NCBI RefSeq assembly: GCF_963676685.1
Contig: NC_092352.1
Location: forward strand, 44,950,001-45,014,000
Direction of reading: 5' to 3'
DNA length: 64,000 bases
Source: Mytilus edulis
Taxonomy: Eukaryota
Both the position numbers and the translations under genes were made by a program. Position 1 is the first letter of the stretch, and each line of letters begins with the position of its first letter. Below are positions 1 to 12,869 of the stretch, one piece after another. The notes below the pieces were generated by a model. The model had not been told where the DNA came from. It saw only the letters and a program-made list of their open reading frames with translations, and did not search any database.

Positions 1-664
1 CCCTTTCCCCTTTTATGATTATAAATTTCTGATTTCTAATATATATCATTTATTTGTACCAATATGCATATACCAATCTACCACATTTTAACTAAATATA
101 CATGTTTACTATCAATGTGCTACTCGACTAAAGGGCAAATACATGAGTCAGCACATTGATAGAATTAACATGTATGTTTAGTATGGTAAATTGGTAAACA
201 TATGGTACAAGTAAATGATATATATTAGAAATCGGGAATTTATAATCAAAAAGGGGAAGGTACTATGGGGGCTCAACAAAAGGTTCTGTACTGAAGCTCC
301 AATGCGAAATATTAGTGAAAAATTATATGAAATGAAAAAGTATATATCAGTAAAACCAATGGCAATGGTTTTACCTGTTTTACCTGGGACATAATATATT
401 TAGAGTATAAATTTACAAAGGGTAGAGGGGTTTGGTAACATTTTACCTATATTTATAGCAGAGATAAATTAATTGCGTCATCGTATGGGTCAGTTTACTA
501 CCTGTTATCTCATAGACAAGAAATTATGTAAGTTCATAAATATATTAAGTGCATTATTGTGCGTTCTTTCTACAAATTAATTTTGGTGACTTAGCTTTAT
601 CAATGTTTCGGAACTTCTTTGGACTGTTCTCAGTCTTCATACTTGAAACGCGAGAGACGGAAAT

Positions 665-3600
665 ATGGCTGACAATAATAACTCTGATGAAAATAAAACA
701 GAAACTGATGAAAAACCATCAGAATCACCACCAAATACGAATGCCAGGACTGCACAGACACCTATCATTGAAAGCCCTACACATTCGTCTAAATCAAAAA
801 GTAAAACATTAATTAATTTACTTTCAAATTCAATTTCTTATCAGCTCTGTAACGAATCCGGGTCCGTTCGCGCCCATTCACGTTCGCACCCACTCATGTT
901 CGCCCCATTTCACTTTCGCACCCCACATGTTCGCACCCAAAGTCTGTTCGCACCCTACATGTTCGCGCCCAATTCTAATTGGTTTTGTATTTAATAACTT
1001 TGCAATTTTGTATGTGTTGGATAAATCTTAATCATGTTTTTGAGAGTGTATTGTTTAAAATAATAATATTCCTTTCTAATTTAAGTGGGAATCTGTCAAC
1101 GTTTTATTTTGTGTTGGATAACACTTAATCATGTTTAACTTTTGTTTAGTGTATTGCCTATAACTTTATTTCATTGATTTGTTTTAAAATGAAGTGAGAT
1201 TCTGACTACGATTTTTTTCTTGTGAGTTGAATAAATTTTATCATGTTTTAGTTTATATAATAGTCTATTGCTATATTTTATCATTTCATTGTTTCAGATC
1301 GGACCAAGCTGTTAAAAACAATTATCTTTTGGGTTTTTCAGTTAAAATATTCAATCTTTTACTCATACCAAGCTATAAATACATTCAGTATTTACATCAA
1401 ATCAATTAAAAACAACAATCATGATTTTCCAAATATTCAACTGGAATTTGAATTTAAATTGGGCGCGAACGTGTAGAGTGCGAACGGACCTTGGGTGCGA
1501 ATGTGCGAGGTGCGAACGTGTAGGGTGCGAAAGTATATTGGGCGCGAACGGACCTGATACCCTCTGTAACAGGTTGGGAACAAACCCCCTGTATGGTGAT
1601 TATACTTCTATAGAGGGATAATCCTTCTTTAATTAAAGGGATAAAATTATCCTTCTATAGAGGGGTATTTTTGTTTGCACTGGATTTAAAGCAAATTAGG
1701 GCAGAATGGCATTATCTAGTTATATTGGCTATAATCTCTAGCATTTATATGCATCAACATATGCACTTTACTAAAAATTGGGATAACCAGTTTTCTGCTA
1801 AAGTGACAAAACTTGCAATCTATTGTAAACCTATCTGAACACCTGATCAACAACAAAAGGAATAGTTGACCTTTAAATTTCATGTTAAATCTAACAATAG
1901 AAATTCTGTCCAGTGAGGCATAGGTGAGTAGAATTTACCTGATCATCACAGCTTTCAATCATGGTGAACAAAAGATTTTATATTTATTCAGATAAGCATC
2001 AAACTGGGCATGTGCATATTAAATTAAGTACATGAATTGGTGCATCAACTGTTTCAGGTTACTGCCATAATAAGTAGAGAATGCCATTCTGCCCTATTTT
2101 GATTTAAATCCAGTCTAAACAAAAATACCCCTCTAAAGAGGGATAATTTTACCCCTCTATAGAAGGATTATCCCTCTATATAGGTATAATCACCATATAG
2201 ATGGTTTGTTCCCAACCTGTGTAAGTGTAAACTATTTTAGTATTTATGAAAAATTCCATACAAGGATAGTATCACTATCATTGCACAGGCACTTGTTTCT
2301 GTCAATGGGGGGTTCGTATAATTGTGGATAGTAAACCCGGGTCCCCCATTGACAAAAACAAGTGGCTGTGATATATATTATTATATATTTTTTTTAATTT
2401 CAAAATTAAATTAGACTTTTAAACAGTTAAACACTGTACACGTACTAGTACTTATTCTGTAATGTGTATCATCCATCTTAGTACATAAACAATATATGTA
2501 CATTTTCGGAAAATACAAAATTTATTTGTACGAGCTTTAGAAGTTATTCCTGTAGATTCTTGAATCCACATATTCTTGTATTCCTTAATTGGATTGTTTA
2601 ACATTTTCTTATTTCTTTTATCATTATTTCTTTAATCATTTTGTTTATAGCTTGCTATGTCATGTATGTGTTGGTTTTGTTCATAAATGTTGAAAGCTGT
2701 ACATCATTGTACATATACGTCATATGGTCTTTAGTGAGACCAAATGTTGTATAAGTAGTCCTTAAAATGGCAATGATACAGCAACTCCATATATTTTATA
2801 TCTATTTAAATAATATGCCATTTTACAACAAAGCAATGATTGAATGTAAGAAGAATCAGGGCAAAAAAATGTTGACAAACAGGAAAACTCTCTGCTCTAC
2901 TACTAAACAACCCCAAGTCTTTCATTTGTAAACCCTCTGGCTTTTTTCTAATGCCATAAAAACATTCCATATAAAAAAAGAAAGATGTGGTATGATTGCC
3001 AATGAGACAACTCTCCACAAGAAACCGAAATGACACAGAAATTAACAACTATAGGTCACTGTACAGCCTTAACATGCTTAAGCCATGGTCATCTTCAATT
3101 ATCTACCACATCTCATGACCATTTCTATTTGACTGCCAGGTACTCAAAGACACTTGTATGTGCAAGAGGTAGATGCTCGTATCACCATTATTGTGAGGTA
3201 CATGGTCAGTACTATAGGGATTCAAAACTCTCAATCTAGGAATCTAAAGGCAATGCTCTAACAGAAGCACTGAAATGTACATGATTGCATTTCAGCATGT
3301 TCAGTCTGTTTACTTTAATAAAAATCTGGCGTCAAGATTACATTTATGTATCTGAAAAACAAACTCGTCAGAAAATCTGATTCATGTGTTTATTTTCTGA
3401 AAAATTAGAGACATTTTGTCATAGAAAAAGCACTGCTTTTTGTCGAGCCTTCGACTTTAGTCGAAAAAGCGAGACATAGCAATCCTACATTCCATCGGTG
3501 TGGGTGTCAACAGTGTCGTCAGCAGTGTCTACAAATATTCACTCTGTGGTTAAAGGTTTTGAAATTTTAATAACTTTCTTGAACTTTCCTGGATTTCTAC

Positions 3601-6600
3601 CAAACTTGGACAGAAGCTTGTTTATGTTCATAAGATAGTATCCAGAGGTAAATTTTGTAAAATAAAATCCCTATTTTTCTGTATTTTACTTATAAATGGA
3701 CTTAGTTTCTCTGCAAGGAAACATTACATTCTCTTTGAGGTTAAAGTTTTTAAAATTTTGATAACTTTCTTTTAAAAACTATCCTGGATTTGTACCAAAT
3801 TTGGACAGAAGCATGTTTATGATCATAAGAAAGTATCCAGAAGTAAATTTTGTAAAAAACAAATCCATTTTTTCCGTATTTTACTTATATATATGGACTT
3901 AGTTTTTCTGCCAGGAAACATTACATTCTCTTTGTAGTTCAAGTTTTTAAAATTTTGATTTCTTTCTTAAACTATCCTGGATTTGTACCAAACTTGGACA
4001 GAAGCATGTTTATGATCATAAGAAAGTATCCAGAAGTAAATTTTGTAAAAAAAAATCCATTTTTCCCGTATTTTACCTATAAATGGACTTAGTTTTTCTT
4101 CCAGTTAACATTACATACAGTCTGCAGTTAAAGTTTTTACAACATTTTTAAGATTCTTAACTTAAACTATCCTGGATTTTTACCAAACTTGGACAGAAGC
4201 TTCTGACAATCAAAAGATAGTATCGAGAGAAAATATTTATTAATTTTTTTCATCGTTTTTGTAGAATGTGTGATTAACAGCAAAAGTAGGCGAGACACAG
4301 GTTTCCGCTGAACCCTTACAAATTTTTTAATCTCTTAGTACTTTTATTTCATGAAAAAAATACAGTTAAGCTTCATTGGTCAGCATTTAACCTATGTCAG
4401 ACATGTGTCATAGCCCATTCATATCAAATCAGGTACAGATAGCCATGTCTTACTCACTAGCATATTTAATAAACTCAAAGCTAAGTTTTTGTGCATTAAA
4501 TCTGTAAATTCCTAAAATGAGTGCTATATATTCATTGTATGACAAATAATTAAAAACATACAAAAATATAATTCCAGTTGATGTTCTCCTCAAGGCCGCA
4601 GGTGATGCTCCAATAATGAAGAAAAAGAAATGGTCTGTAGATAGAAACAAGAGAGTGAGCTGGATATCAGAATTTATAAAGAAATATCTAAAATTTGAAC
4701 CAACAGAGTCTATGGTATAATTAAGCTGAAAGCTTTCTTTTTTATATAAAAATAAAAAGACAATGAAACAACTCTCCACTATTGATCAAATGTAGTAGAA
4801 TATAGTAGAATATAAGCATATATTTCTTTATTATCATTTTGTTCTGATGATTTTATAATGCAGTTTTATCTCGGTTATCATTCAGTAGGAATAATAAATA
4901 GAAATTGAAAAAAAATATTTTCATTAGACCAGTTTACTTGGAATTGTGTAATGTGTTAACATGATTCGGAAAACCTGAAATTTGTATGCTTACATCATTG
5001 TTTAAAAATACATTAATATGAATGCAAGACAACCCGGCCATGAGACAAGTCAGACAACATCCAATAAGAGTTGTCTAGTCAGACAACATCCAATAGGAGT
5101 TGTCTTCATAGACAGTACGAGTTAATATTAGATGGTTTTTTATACAACCGCAAAAACTAAAAAAAACTTTGGTTGTATATTGGTATCATGTCGTCTGTTT
5201 CAATGTTGTTAGCGTCATGTGACGATGGATGATTTCCGGATAATAACTTTAGTATAAGTAAATAGTAATCAATGAAATTTTAACACCAGCTTTATGACCA
5301 CAGAAGGAAGGTCGGAATCCATTTTGGGAGTTTTGGTCCAAACAGTTTAGGAATTAGGGGCCAAAACTCACCCAAAAGGGTCCAAAATTAAACTTTTTTG
5401 GTTTGATTTCATCGAAAATTGAATTATTGGGGTTCTTTGATATGCTGAATATATCCGTGTATTTAGATTCTTAATTTTTTGGTCCTGTATTTAAATTAGT
5501 CTAAATTAAGGTCCAAAGGGTCCAAAATTAATCTTAGTTTGATTTTGACAAAAATTGAATACATGGGGTTCTTTGATATGCTGAATCCAACCATATATTT
5601 GGATTTTTGATATTTGGGCCCTTTTATTAAACTGGTCCACATTGAGTTCTAAAGGGTCCAAAATTGAATTTTATTTGATTTCATCAAAAATTGAATTCTT
5701 GGGGTACTTTGATATGCTGAATCTAGCCATGTATTTAGATTTTGGATATTGGACCATAATAGGTAAATGTCCAATTTTACTTTTTTAAGGAAGTTCTTAG
5801 CCACATTCATTCTATGTTAAAAACCAATTTTGTGTCAACTATTTGATCACAATCCAAATTCAGAGCTGTATCAAGCTTGAATGTTGTGTCCATACTTGCC
5901 CAACTGTTCAGGATGCGACCTCTAAAGTCATATCAAGCTGCGCCTTGCAGAGCATCTGGTCTTATTTGTGTCATTGTGTTGCTGTCTAATTGTTTCTTGT
6001 AAAAGAAACTATTAGCTGCTGTTTATAAAATAGGAATCGCATGTAGTTATGACTTTTTTGTTGTCCCTTTTTGTGTATCATTAAAATAGGCTGCTAAATA
6101 AATTGATTTAATTATTATTTAACCTTATTGTTACAGTAATATCATTATTTTCGCATTTATCATGCAGCAGCTAACTTTTGCACAAACTTTTTTTGCATTG
6201 TAAAATGTATACATGTACAAATATTTATATATATCCTAGTATCCTGCTTCTATGTTAAAGTCATATGAAACCTCAAATTAAAAAAACTGAAGCATATGTT
6301 TTTTTATAACAAAATGGACAGTGTTCATGATTAAACTTATGTACATATACTTTTTTCTAAAGAAAGTTCTTTAATTTGGCTACATTCTGATGAAGGTTAC
6401 CTTATTTTAATTGCTTGCTTCCAGGAAGCAATTCACAGACATATTTTCCGTATGCAAAGTGACCTTAGCGTGACCCTCCTCGTAAAAATCTGGTGATTGC
6501 AATACTCATGGATCTGTCACTGAAATAAACTATTAACTGATTGTACATGTTAAACACATGCTCAATATCCATGCTTTTTTGATTGTTGACAAACAGGTGG

Positions 6601-9600
6601 CAATCGTTAAACTTCGGTTTCAAAACACGAACTTTAATTACCTGCCATATTTTCACAACACTGACCAATTGAAAAAAAATTGACGATTAAACGAAATTTA
6701 TGGGAAAAAAATGATAAAATCTTGCACAGAAGACTAAGTTTATGATATATCCATGCATTGGTTCAAGAATTGGATTAACATTATTTTTCACTGGTCACTC
6801 GTTTCATATGACTATAAGGGATCTATAATATTAAAGTTTGTTTACATCTCTGTTCATTGTTAGGTTCTCATCACAATCTGCATTTATTTGATATAGACTT
6901 CTTCCAAAATAGGGCAGCAGTTGAACAATAACCTACTATCCTAACACACTATTACATGTCATAAAACATATCTAAATAAATTTGCTCTATTTCAGTTTCT
7001 TTATGTAAATCAATCATTTGCTCCTGCACCAGACACAGAAGTAGGCAGTGTTTTTGATGTAAGTAGATGTTTTATTACAGTTTTAATGTAAAAAGTAAAA
7101 TTACAAAAATACTACACTCTGAGGAAAAATCAAAACGGAAAGTCCCTAATCAAGTGGCAAAATCAAATAGTAAAACACTTCAAACGAATAGACAACTATC
7201 ATATTCTTGACTTGGTACAGGTATTTTCAAATGTAGAAAATGGTGGATTGAACCTAGTTTTATAATGCTAAACCTCTCACTTGTATGACAGTTGCATTTT
7301 AGTCGCATAAATGTTTTGAATTTAGTTCTATAGTCTGTAGTGTGGATTTGCATTCTCTAATCACTTTAGTCTTTAAAGACAAATCCCTCTATTGTTTATG
7401 CGCATATACAAGCGCAACAGTACTATGCTGTCAGTGGTTTATGACGTCGCGGTTTCCGCGAACTGGAAACGTTTATTAGAGTTATTCCTCTTTGAGCCGA
7501 TGGAGAGAGTGACAATCGTTTTGATAGGTTACTTTGCCAAAGAAAAAAAATGAAAATTGTTTTTAAATAATAGACATGTTCCAGAATTGGATAAAATATG
7601 AGAATGAAAAGAGAGTCAACTATACAGCAATCTAACAACAACAAATACACAAAAATGACCGTAAAGAAACGAAATAGAATCTGGATACTCGACAACAAGA
7701 TGAGCCAATCAAATTATAATATATATAATACTTTTTTCCTTAATTTTCTACATGTATAGACTTTTGTAGGTTCTTAATTACGTCGATATTTTACAAATCA
7801 TTAAGAACATGAAGAAAGTACGAAAATCATCAATCTTTCTGATCATGTCCTCAAAATTCACTGTATCTTTAGCAATAGGTATGGATATGGCAAATTGCAC
7901 TGAGGTATTTTGAATGTGTACTGCACTTACATTTTTACATGAATATGATAATTAGATTTCAAATAAACACCAACAAAACAGTAACGTAATGACGCATACA
8001 TGTAAAACAAAGTACATCTAGAGAAGTTAACATATAATCTTCTAACATTGTAGGTTTTTTTATATGACCATTCCGAGTTTGTGCCGATGTTTGATATTTA
8101 TGTATAAGGTGCGCATTTTTTGTTAAAAAAAAAAAATAATCGTGTCTGTGTTAAAAAGATGTCGGAATGAAGAATTACAGAGGAACGCATATGGGAAAAA
8201 AATAATTAAAAGGAGATTTGAGAAAAGAGGTCGGACTAGGTTTTATTCATACTCACGGTATGACAGCTGTATGAGTATACTTAGGCTGAGTTTCTAGCAA
8301 CATTACGGAATATTTCGATATTAATAGATGCCTAAGGATGAGTGATCAAAACAGAAATGGTGTTAATGAGACCCCGTTAACACTTGCACGGAATTGAAAT
8401 AAAATCGATCTCTTTAAAAGAACTTGTGCGTTTACATTTAGTATACATTGCATATCTAAAATAATCAGCCGAACCATTTCGTTGACAAAAAATCGTAAAA
8501 AATTGAATAAGGAAATATTTGGTTCATTAGATAATTATATGCTTCTGCATTTATTAATATTATATTTGATTAACATGTCATAAGTAATTAAAAAAAAAGA
8601 ATTGTCAGAAAAAAATTACTTATAACGCTCATTTCGTTTGAAGATGAGTAATCTACAGAAAAAAAAAATACTGAATGAATACAATTGAAAAGATATTGTT
8701 TTAAAAAGGTGCACCGAATAACACACGTATAGTAAGAGAATATGGAACGAATAAGTAACAGGGCATCAGTCGAGCACTGAAACGAGTATTTACGCCTTAG
8801 AATAGGGTTATTTTATCTCTTAGAACCAATATATAGCATCAGAGACAAGAACAAAAAAGGTGCGACCTATAACAAGCATATTGTAAGCGAATAAGTAGCA
8901 GGTCATCGGTCTAACGCTAAAACTTGAACATACCCGCTAATAGGTATATTTCACTTTTAAGAACCTATAGCTAACACCAGAGACAAGAAAACAATTGAAA
9001 AGATTTGTTTCGTAATAGGTGCAATGTGTTTCAACGTATAAGGAACGAATAAGTAACGGTATCAGTCGAGCGCTGTAACGGGTCCTGTCTCAACTCAGGA
9101 GTATGTAATTTAAAGTGGTTGTTGTTTGCAAAAGAGTCACAAATTTGTTTTTCATTAATTATTTTTTTTTTATTATTTTCTAGTTTGAATTGTGTTACAT
9201 TTGTCCTTTCGGGACCTTTTATAGTTGTGTAAGCGGTATGGGATTTGCTCATTGTTGTAGGCAGTACGGTGACCCATAGTTAATAATTTCCAGTGTCAAT
9301 TGGTCATTGTGGAGCATTGTGTTATTTGCAATCATACCACATTTTCTTTTTTTATTAATATATTTTCAGAAGCAAACAACAAAACAGCAAATAACGAGAA
9401 CTGGGTTGTCTCTAATTTGTGAGAATATCGCCTTAAACGGCCGAACGTCTTTCGACAATGTTTTTAGAATTGGCGCAATGTGTTCCCGCCAATTCAAATT
9501 GTTAACCCCTTTTTTGAAATATCTCTTTTTCCATTACGGTGACCCCATCTTTTTATTTCCTTATTTTGTTTAGATATGAAAATGATGAACAACGCATATT

Positions 9601-10308
9601 CTATTGAAGACTCATGGAGAAATTATTGGTCAATTTTTTTTAAACTTATTTTTTTTATAGGTATTTCACAATAAAAAAAAGGCGGGAAAACTATTATAGC
9701 GATTTATCATTATTATTTTCCATTCAGTAAAGGGTGATATTATTAAAATAGTTTGTATTAACAACTAGGTTAACAAAACAGACAAGTTTTTATTGGATAC
9801 GGACTTTAAAAAAAATATTACACTGCTATTGACTAGAAGTCCCAATTTCCAAATTCCGTGAAAAAGATGGCGTTTTAAATCGAAAACGAGGTCGGTGACC
9901 CCATTTTTTTATTTGCTTATTTTAAAGCTTTTACCTAGCCTAAAGTAAAAATAAAATATAAAGAAGATATTATTGGTAGATCTGAATAGAAGGATTTGTC
10001 TTTAAGATAGAACAACCCTTCTGCTGAATATAACTGCAAGGAGAATCATCAAAGAACTGCCTTTTCTAAAAATTCTGTATCATGTTGTAAATTTAAATTC
10101 TTCTGAAGTCATGGTAGAATATAATTCAAATCAAATGAGAGTGCAGAAAATTGAAGACTTCTTATTGTTTGCACCAAGTTCAAGACAAAGTCATGAATTT
10201 ATTTCATTGTTTTCATTGTATTTTACTAAAAATTGCTTTATATTATAGTGTTTTGGAAGTGATGGTAAATTAGTACTCCACTATTGTAAGACACAAGCCT
10301 GGGGATGA
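665..10308 (+). CDS. ATG12: Ubiquitin-like autophagy protein ATG12, 4 coding exons, 131 aa
   Basis: Exons 665-800, 4578-4714, 6996-7058, 10249-10308; all introns GT-AG, phases 1,0,0 consistent. Spliced product ...[90 protein letters not shown] has the ATG12 hallmarks ([17 protein letters not shown], C-terminal QAWG glycine). Confidence 0.97.
854..1561. mobile_element. Mutator-like MITE in ATG12 intron 1
   Basis: Imperfect TIRs (GAATCCGGGTCCGTTCGCGCCCA / TGGGCGCGAACGGACCTGATACC), subterminal GTTCGCACC repeats, perfect 9-bp TSD CTCTGTAAC at 845-853 and 1562-1570. Confidence 0.85.
1569..2222. mobile_element. MITE with long (~160 bp) TIRs
   Basis: 1569-1730 (ACAGGTTGGGAACAAACC...GGGCAGAATGGCATT) is the reverse complement of ~2065-2220 (AATGCCATTCTGCCC...GGTTTGTTCCCAACCTGT); TA at both flanks. 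Confidence 0.85.
2284..2370. mobile_element. Short hairpin MITE (CACAGGCACTTG family)
   Basis: CACAGGCACTTGTTTCTGTCAATGGGG ... CCCCATTGACAAAAACAAGTGGCTGTG inverted arms; related termini at 24235-24337 and 34468. Confidence 0.7.
3440..4325 (+). mobile_element. Helentron-associated (HINE-like) element with ~193-bp internal tandem repeats
   Basis: Inserted in a T-run; 5' GTCGAGCC plus hairpin TCGACTTTAGTCGA; CCAAA(C/T)TTGGACAGAAGC recurs at ~3600, 3796, 3988, 4182; 3' GGCGAGAC followed by a short palindrome and T-run. Confidence 0.75.
5140..5962 (+). mobile_element. HINE-like element with ~138-bp internal tandem repeats
   Basis: T-run insertion, 5' hairpin (ATACAACC...GGTTGTAT), three copies of TCCAAAATT...TTTGATATGCTGAAT at ~5381, 5521, 5657, 3' palindrome. 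Confidence 0.65.
6259..6813. mobile_element. Kolobok-like MITE
   Basis: TIR AGTCATATGAAAC / GTTTCATATGACT, flanked by TTAA and ATAA (degenerate TTAA TSD). Confidence 0.7.
7377..10001. mobile_element. Large non-autonomous Kolobok-like element filling most of ATG12 intron 3
   Basis: TIR AGACAAATCCCTCTATT / AATAGAAGGATTTGTCT (16/17 match), TTAA on both sides (7373-7376, 10002-10005); no transposase ORF inside. Confidence 0.7.
8680..9085 (+). repeat. Degenerate ~150-bp tandem repeat, ~3 copies
   Basis: CGAATAAGTA(A/G)C at 8748, 8888, 9046; AGAGACAAGAA and GGTGC anchors also recur. Confidence 0.7.
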
Positions 10309-12055
10309 CCACTGGTTAAGGAAAAATTGGAGGAAAAGTGCAATACAACATTCCTTAACATTTTATTGACAATATACCTTATATTAAATGAAGAGCTTAA
10401 TGACGTACTTTTAAACTGAAAGAACACCATGTTTCAGTGTATATAGTTATTATGTTACTGATTTGCTGCTGAAAAAGAAATTAATATTACAATAGCATTT
10501 TAGCAACAATCAAATTCAAATATTTAAGATAAAAAAAAAACACATAATTTTTTAGCAGCATTTTTTGTTTTGAATGATTTTACTGCTGTAAGGTTAATGT
10601 ATATGTGTGAGAAAAAAAATCTTGTCGCCTTTTGTATGACCAGTAGTTTCTAATATTTTTATCACACAAAACAAAACTTGTCTGATTTTCTAGTATTTCT
10701 AAATAGATCAACAGATTTCATTCAAATTATTTTTAAAAACATTACTTAAAGAATTAAACAATATTGACTGATTATGTACAGATAAAAAGTATATAATTTA
10801 CATAAAATTAGTAACATATATTTGTTAAAGAGTTACTACAGCAGGGTTCGCTTTACATATTGAATTGATTATGAATTTATGTTTATGTTTATTTGAAGAA
10901 GAATGACTGTGATAATTGTAAGATGTTATAGTATTAAATACATGTCAAAATAAAATTGACAATTGTTAGCTACCCTTATATTTCCTAATAGAAACAGCCA
11001 CCCATTCAAATGTATAGCGTAAATCCTAAAATTAAATGAGGAATATAATTAATGATTTTTTGTGAAATGGATTTTTGTTGTTGTTTGATTTACAAATTAT
11101 TTATAGAGTATGTTGAACATCACTAAACGTTTTGTTTTAGAAAACATCCTGGTCACTCAAAGCAAATGAAGTGTAATAGATAATTTGGATGAATAAACCA
11201 TAAATTTTATCATCAACTTTAATAGCATAAGGTTTCGAAAATATATATGGAATAGAATCTTGAGGCAAAATCACATCAATAAGTAAAAGCAATAAAGGGC
11301 CTAAGTTTTATGTTCTGAAAATCCACACAGTCTTCTTAGTTGAAATAAAACTTATTTATGAAATAATTTCTTTGCTTCAAATTTCTTCAAGCACATAATG
11401 ACTTGCATTGTACATTGTAGTATCATTTTAAAAAGAAAAAGTCAAAAATTTGTCCATATGATTTGATAACATATTTTGGTATTATAAGACTCATATCCAT
11501 GATATCAATATCAACCAAAAAAGATAAAAAAATAAATATCAAAAATCCTAAACGAACAGAAAAACATGGTATTTGCTATATCAGTCTTCCTTGCACCCAT
11601 ATCAACCTGTTCAGTTCTTCTTAAAATCTCAAATTGAGGATTCGAGTGATTGATTATTGATTGTTTAATGATCAGTTAAAAACTTCATGAAATTCATGGA
11701 AAAGTGTCAAAACAAATAAACAATTTATACAATAGACATAAAAGATATAATAAATAGTCTGGTAATTTGTACAGCCACTGGATAATGAGAGCATTTTGGA
11801 TAAGGGACATACATTCTACCTTGCATCAGGTCAACTACAGAGCCCTCAAAGAGGTTTTTCATTGTACAAAAAACATGGCTTTATCATTTTACAAGGCATC
11901 ATATTTAATATTTAAATTTTGACCAGAAGCCTAACTTTAGCAAAGGTTTCGCTGTCAGACTTCCCATTTAATGAATTTAGTCTGAAATTTGCTTGCAGTC
12001 AATTCAGAACTGTTTTGTAGGTTTTTATTGGGTAAAGACTGCATATAATGCTATT

Positions 12056-12205
12056 CAGGGGCGGATCCAGCCATTTTAAAAAGGGGGGTTCCTAACCCAG
12101 GACAAAGGGGGGGTTCCAACTATATGTCCCCATTCAAATGCATTGATCGTCCAAAAAAAAGGGGGGTTCCAACCCCCGGAACCCCCCCCTCTGGATCCGC
12201 GCCTG
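12056..12205. mobile_element. 150-bp hAT-like MITE
   Basis: TIR CAGGGGCGGATCCAG / CTGGATCCGCGCCTG; flanking duplication CTATT (5 bp), which also reads as TGCTATTCA (9 bp) if the TIR is taken 2 nt shorter. Confidence 0.8.
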
Positions 12206-12869
12206 CTATTCAAACCCTATAATATGAATATCTAAATCTTCAAAGGTTTATCCCCACTTTTGACATACACAAACTATAGTGCATTGATCATATCAGTCTA
12301 TATACATCTTATCTATGAATATTTATTGAAATTTATCAATGAAATATTTGCTCAAATATTTAAGTTACAAAATGATGTATTTGTCAAGAAAATTACATAA
12401 CTTGTACTTGTATCTAATATCTGTTCTTAAAATATCAATGGTGTCATTGTTTAAGTCATCCATAACAATATGAGTTTTTCTTCCTTTGTCCAGAATTGTA
12501 AAGGAATCAACTTCAACCAATGCTTATTTAATTTGACATCCACTGATAACTGTAAGCAATCTGAACCCTTCAGTCATGGCTGGTAATCTCCACACACAGA
12601 ATAATTGGTTCTGCAATGAAAACCATTAGAGGATTTTCCGGTTGTGCTTGAGTGGAGTAATTTTCACCCCTTCAAAAAGTATGTACTTTTCTAAATCGCA
12701 ATTTTCTAATTCAACTGATCAAAATATTGAAAATCTGAGAATGCTGTGCTGTGGTGAATACTTGAAAGAAGAGATGCATGTATCATTTACTGTTGTGCAT
12801 TGAGTAAGACTCCTACAAAATCAATTGTCCAACGAGTAATTGCTGAAAAAAGTGACATTTAAATTTTGA

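Noticed and set aside
801-994. C-terminal part of ORF 665-994
   Set aside because: Read-through of ATG12 exon 1 into intron 1 and a MITE; the real exon ends at 800.
4450-4779. 109-aa minus ORF, and other hydrophobic Phe/Ile/Leu-rich ORFs such as 49816-50136
   Set aside because: Antisense to ATG12 exon 2 or compositional artefacts of AT-rich introns; no splice or motif support.
6385-6405. CTGATGAAGG as a hammerhead core
   Set aside because: No GAAA box at the right distance and no stem I; it lies inside a TIR MITE.
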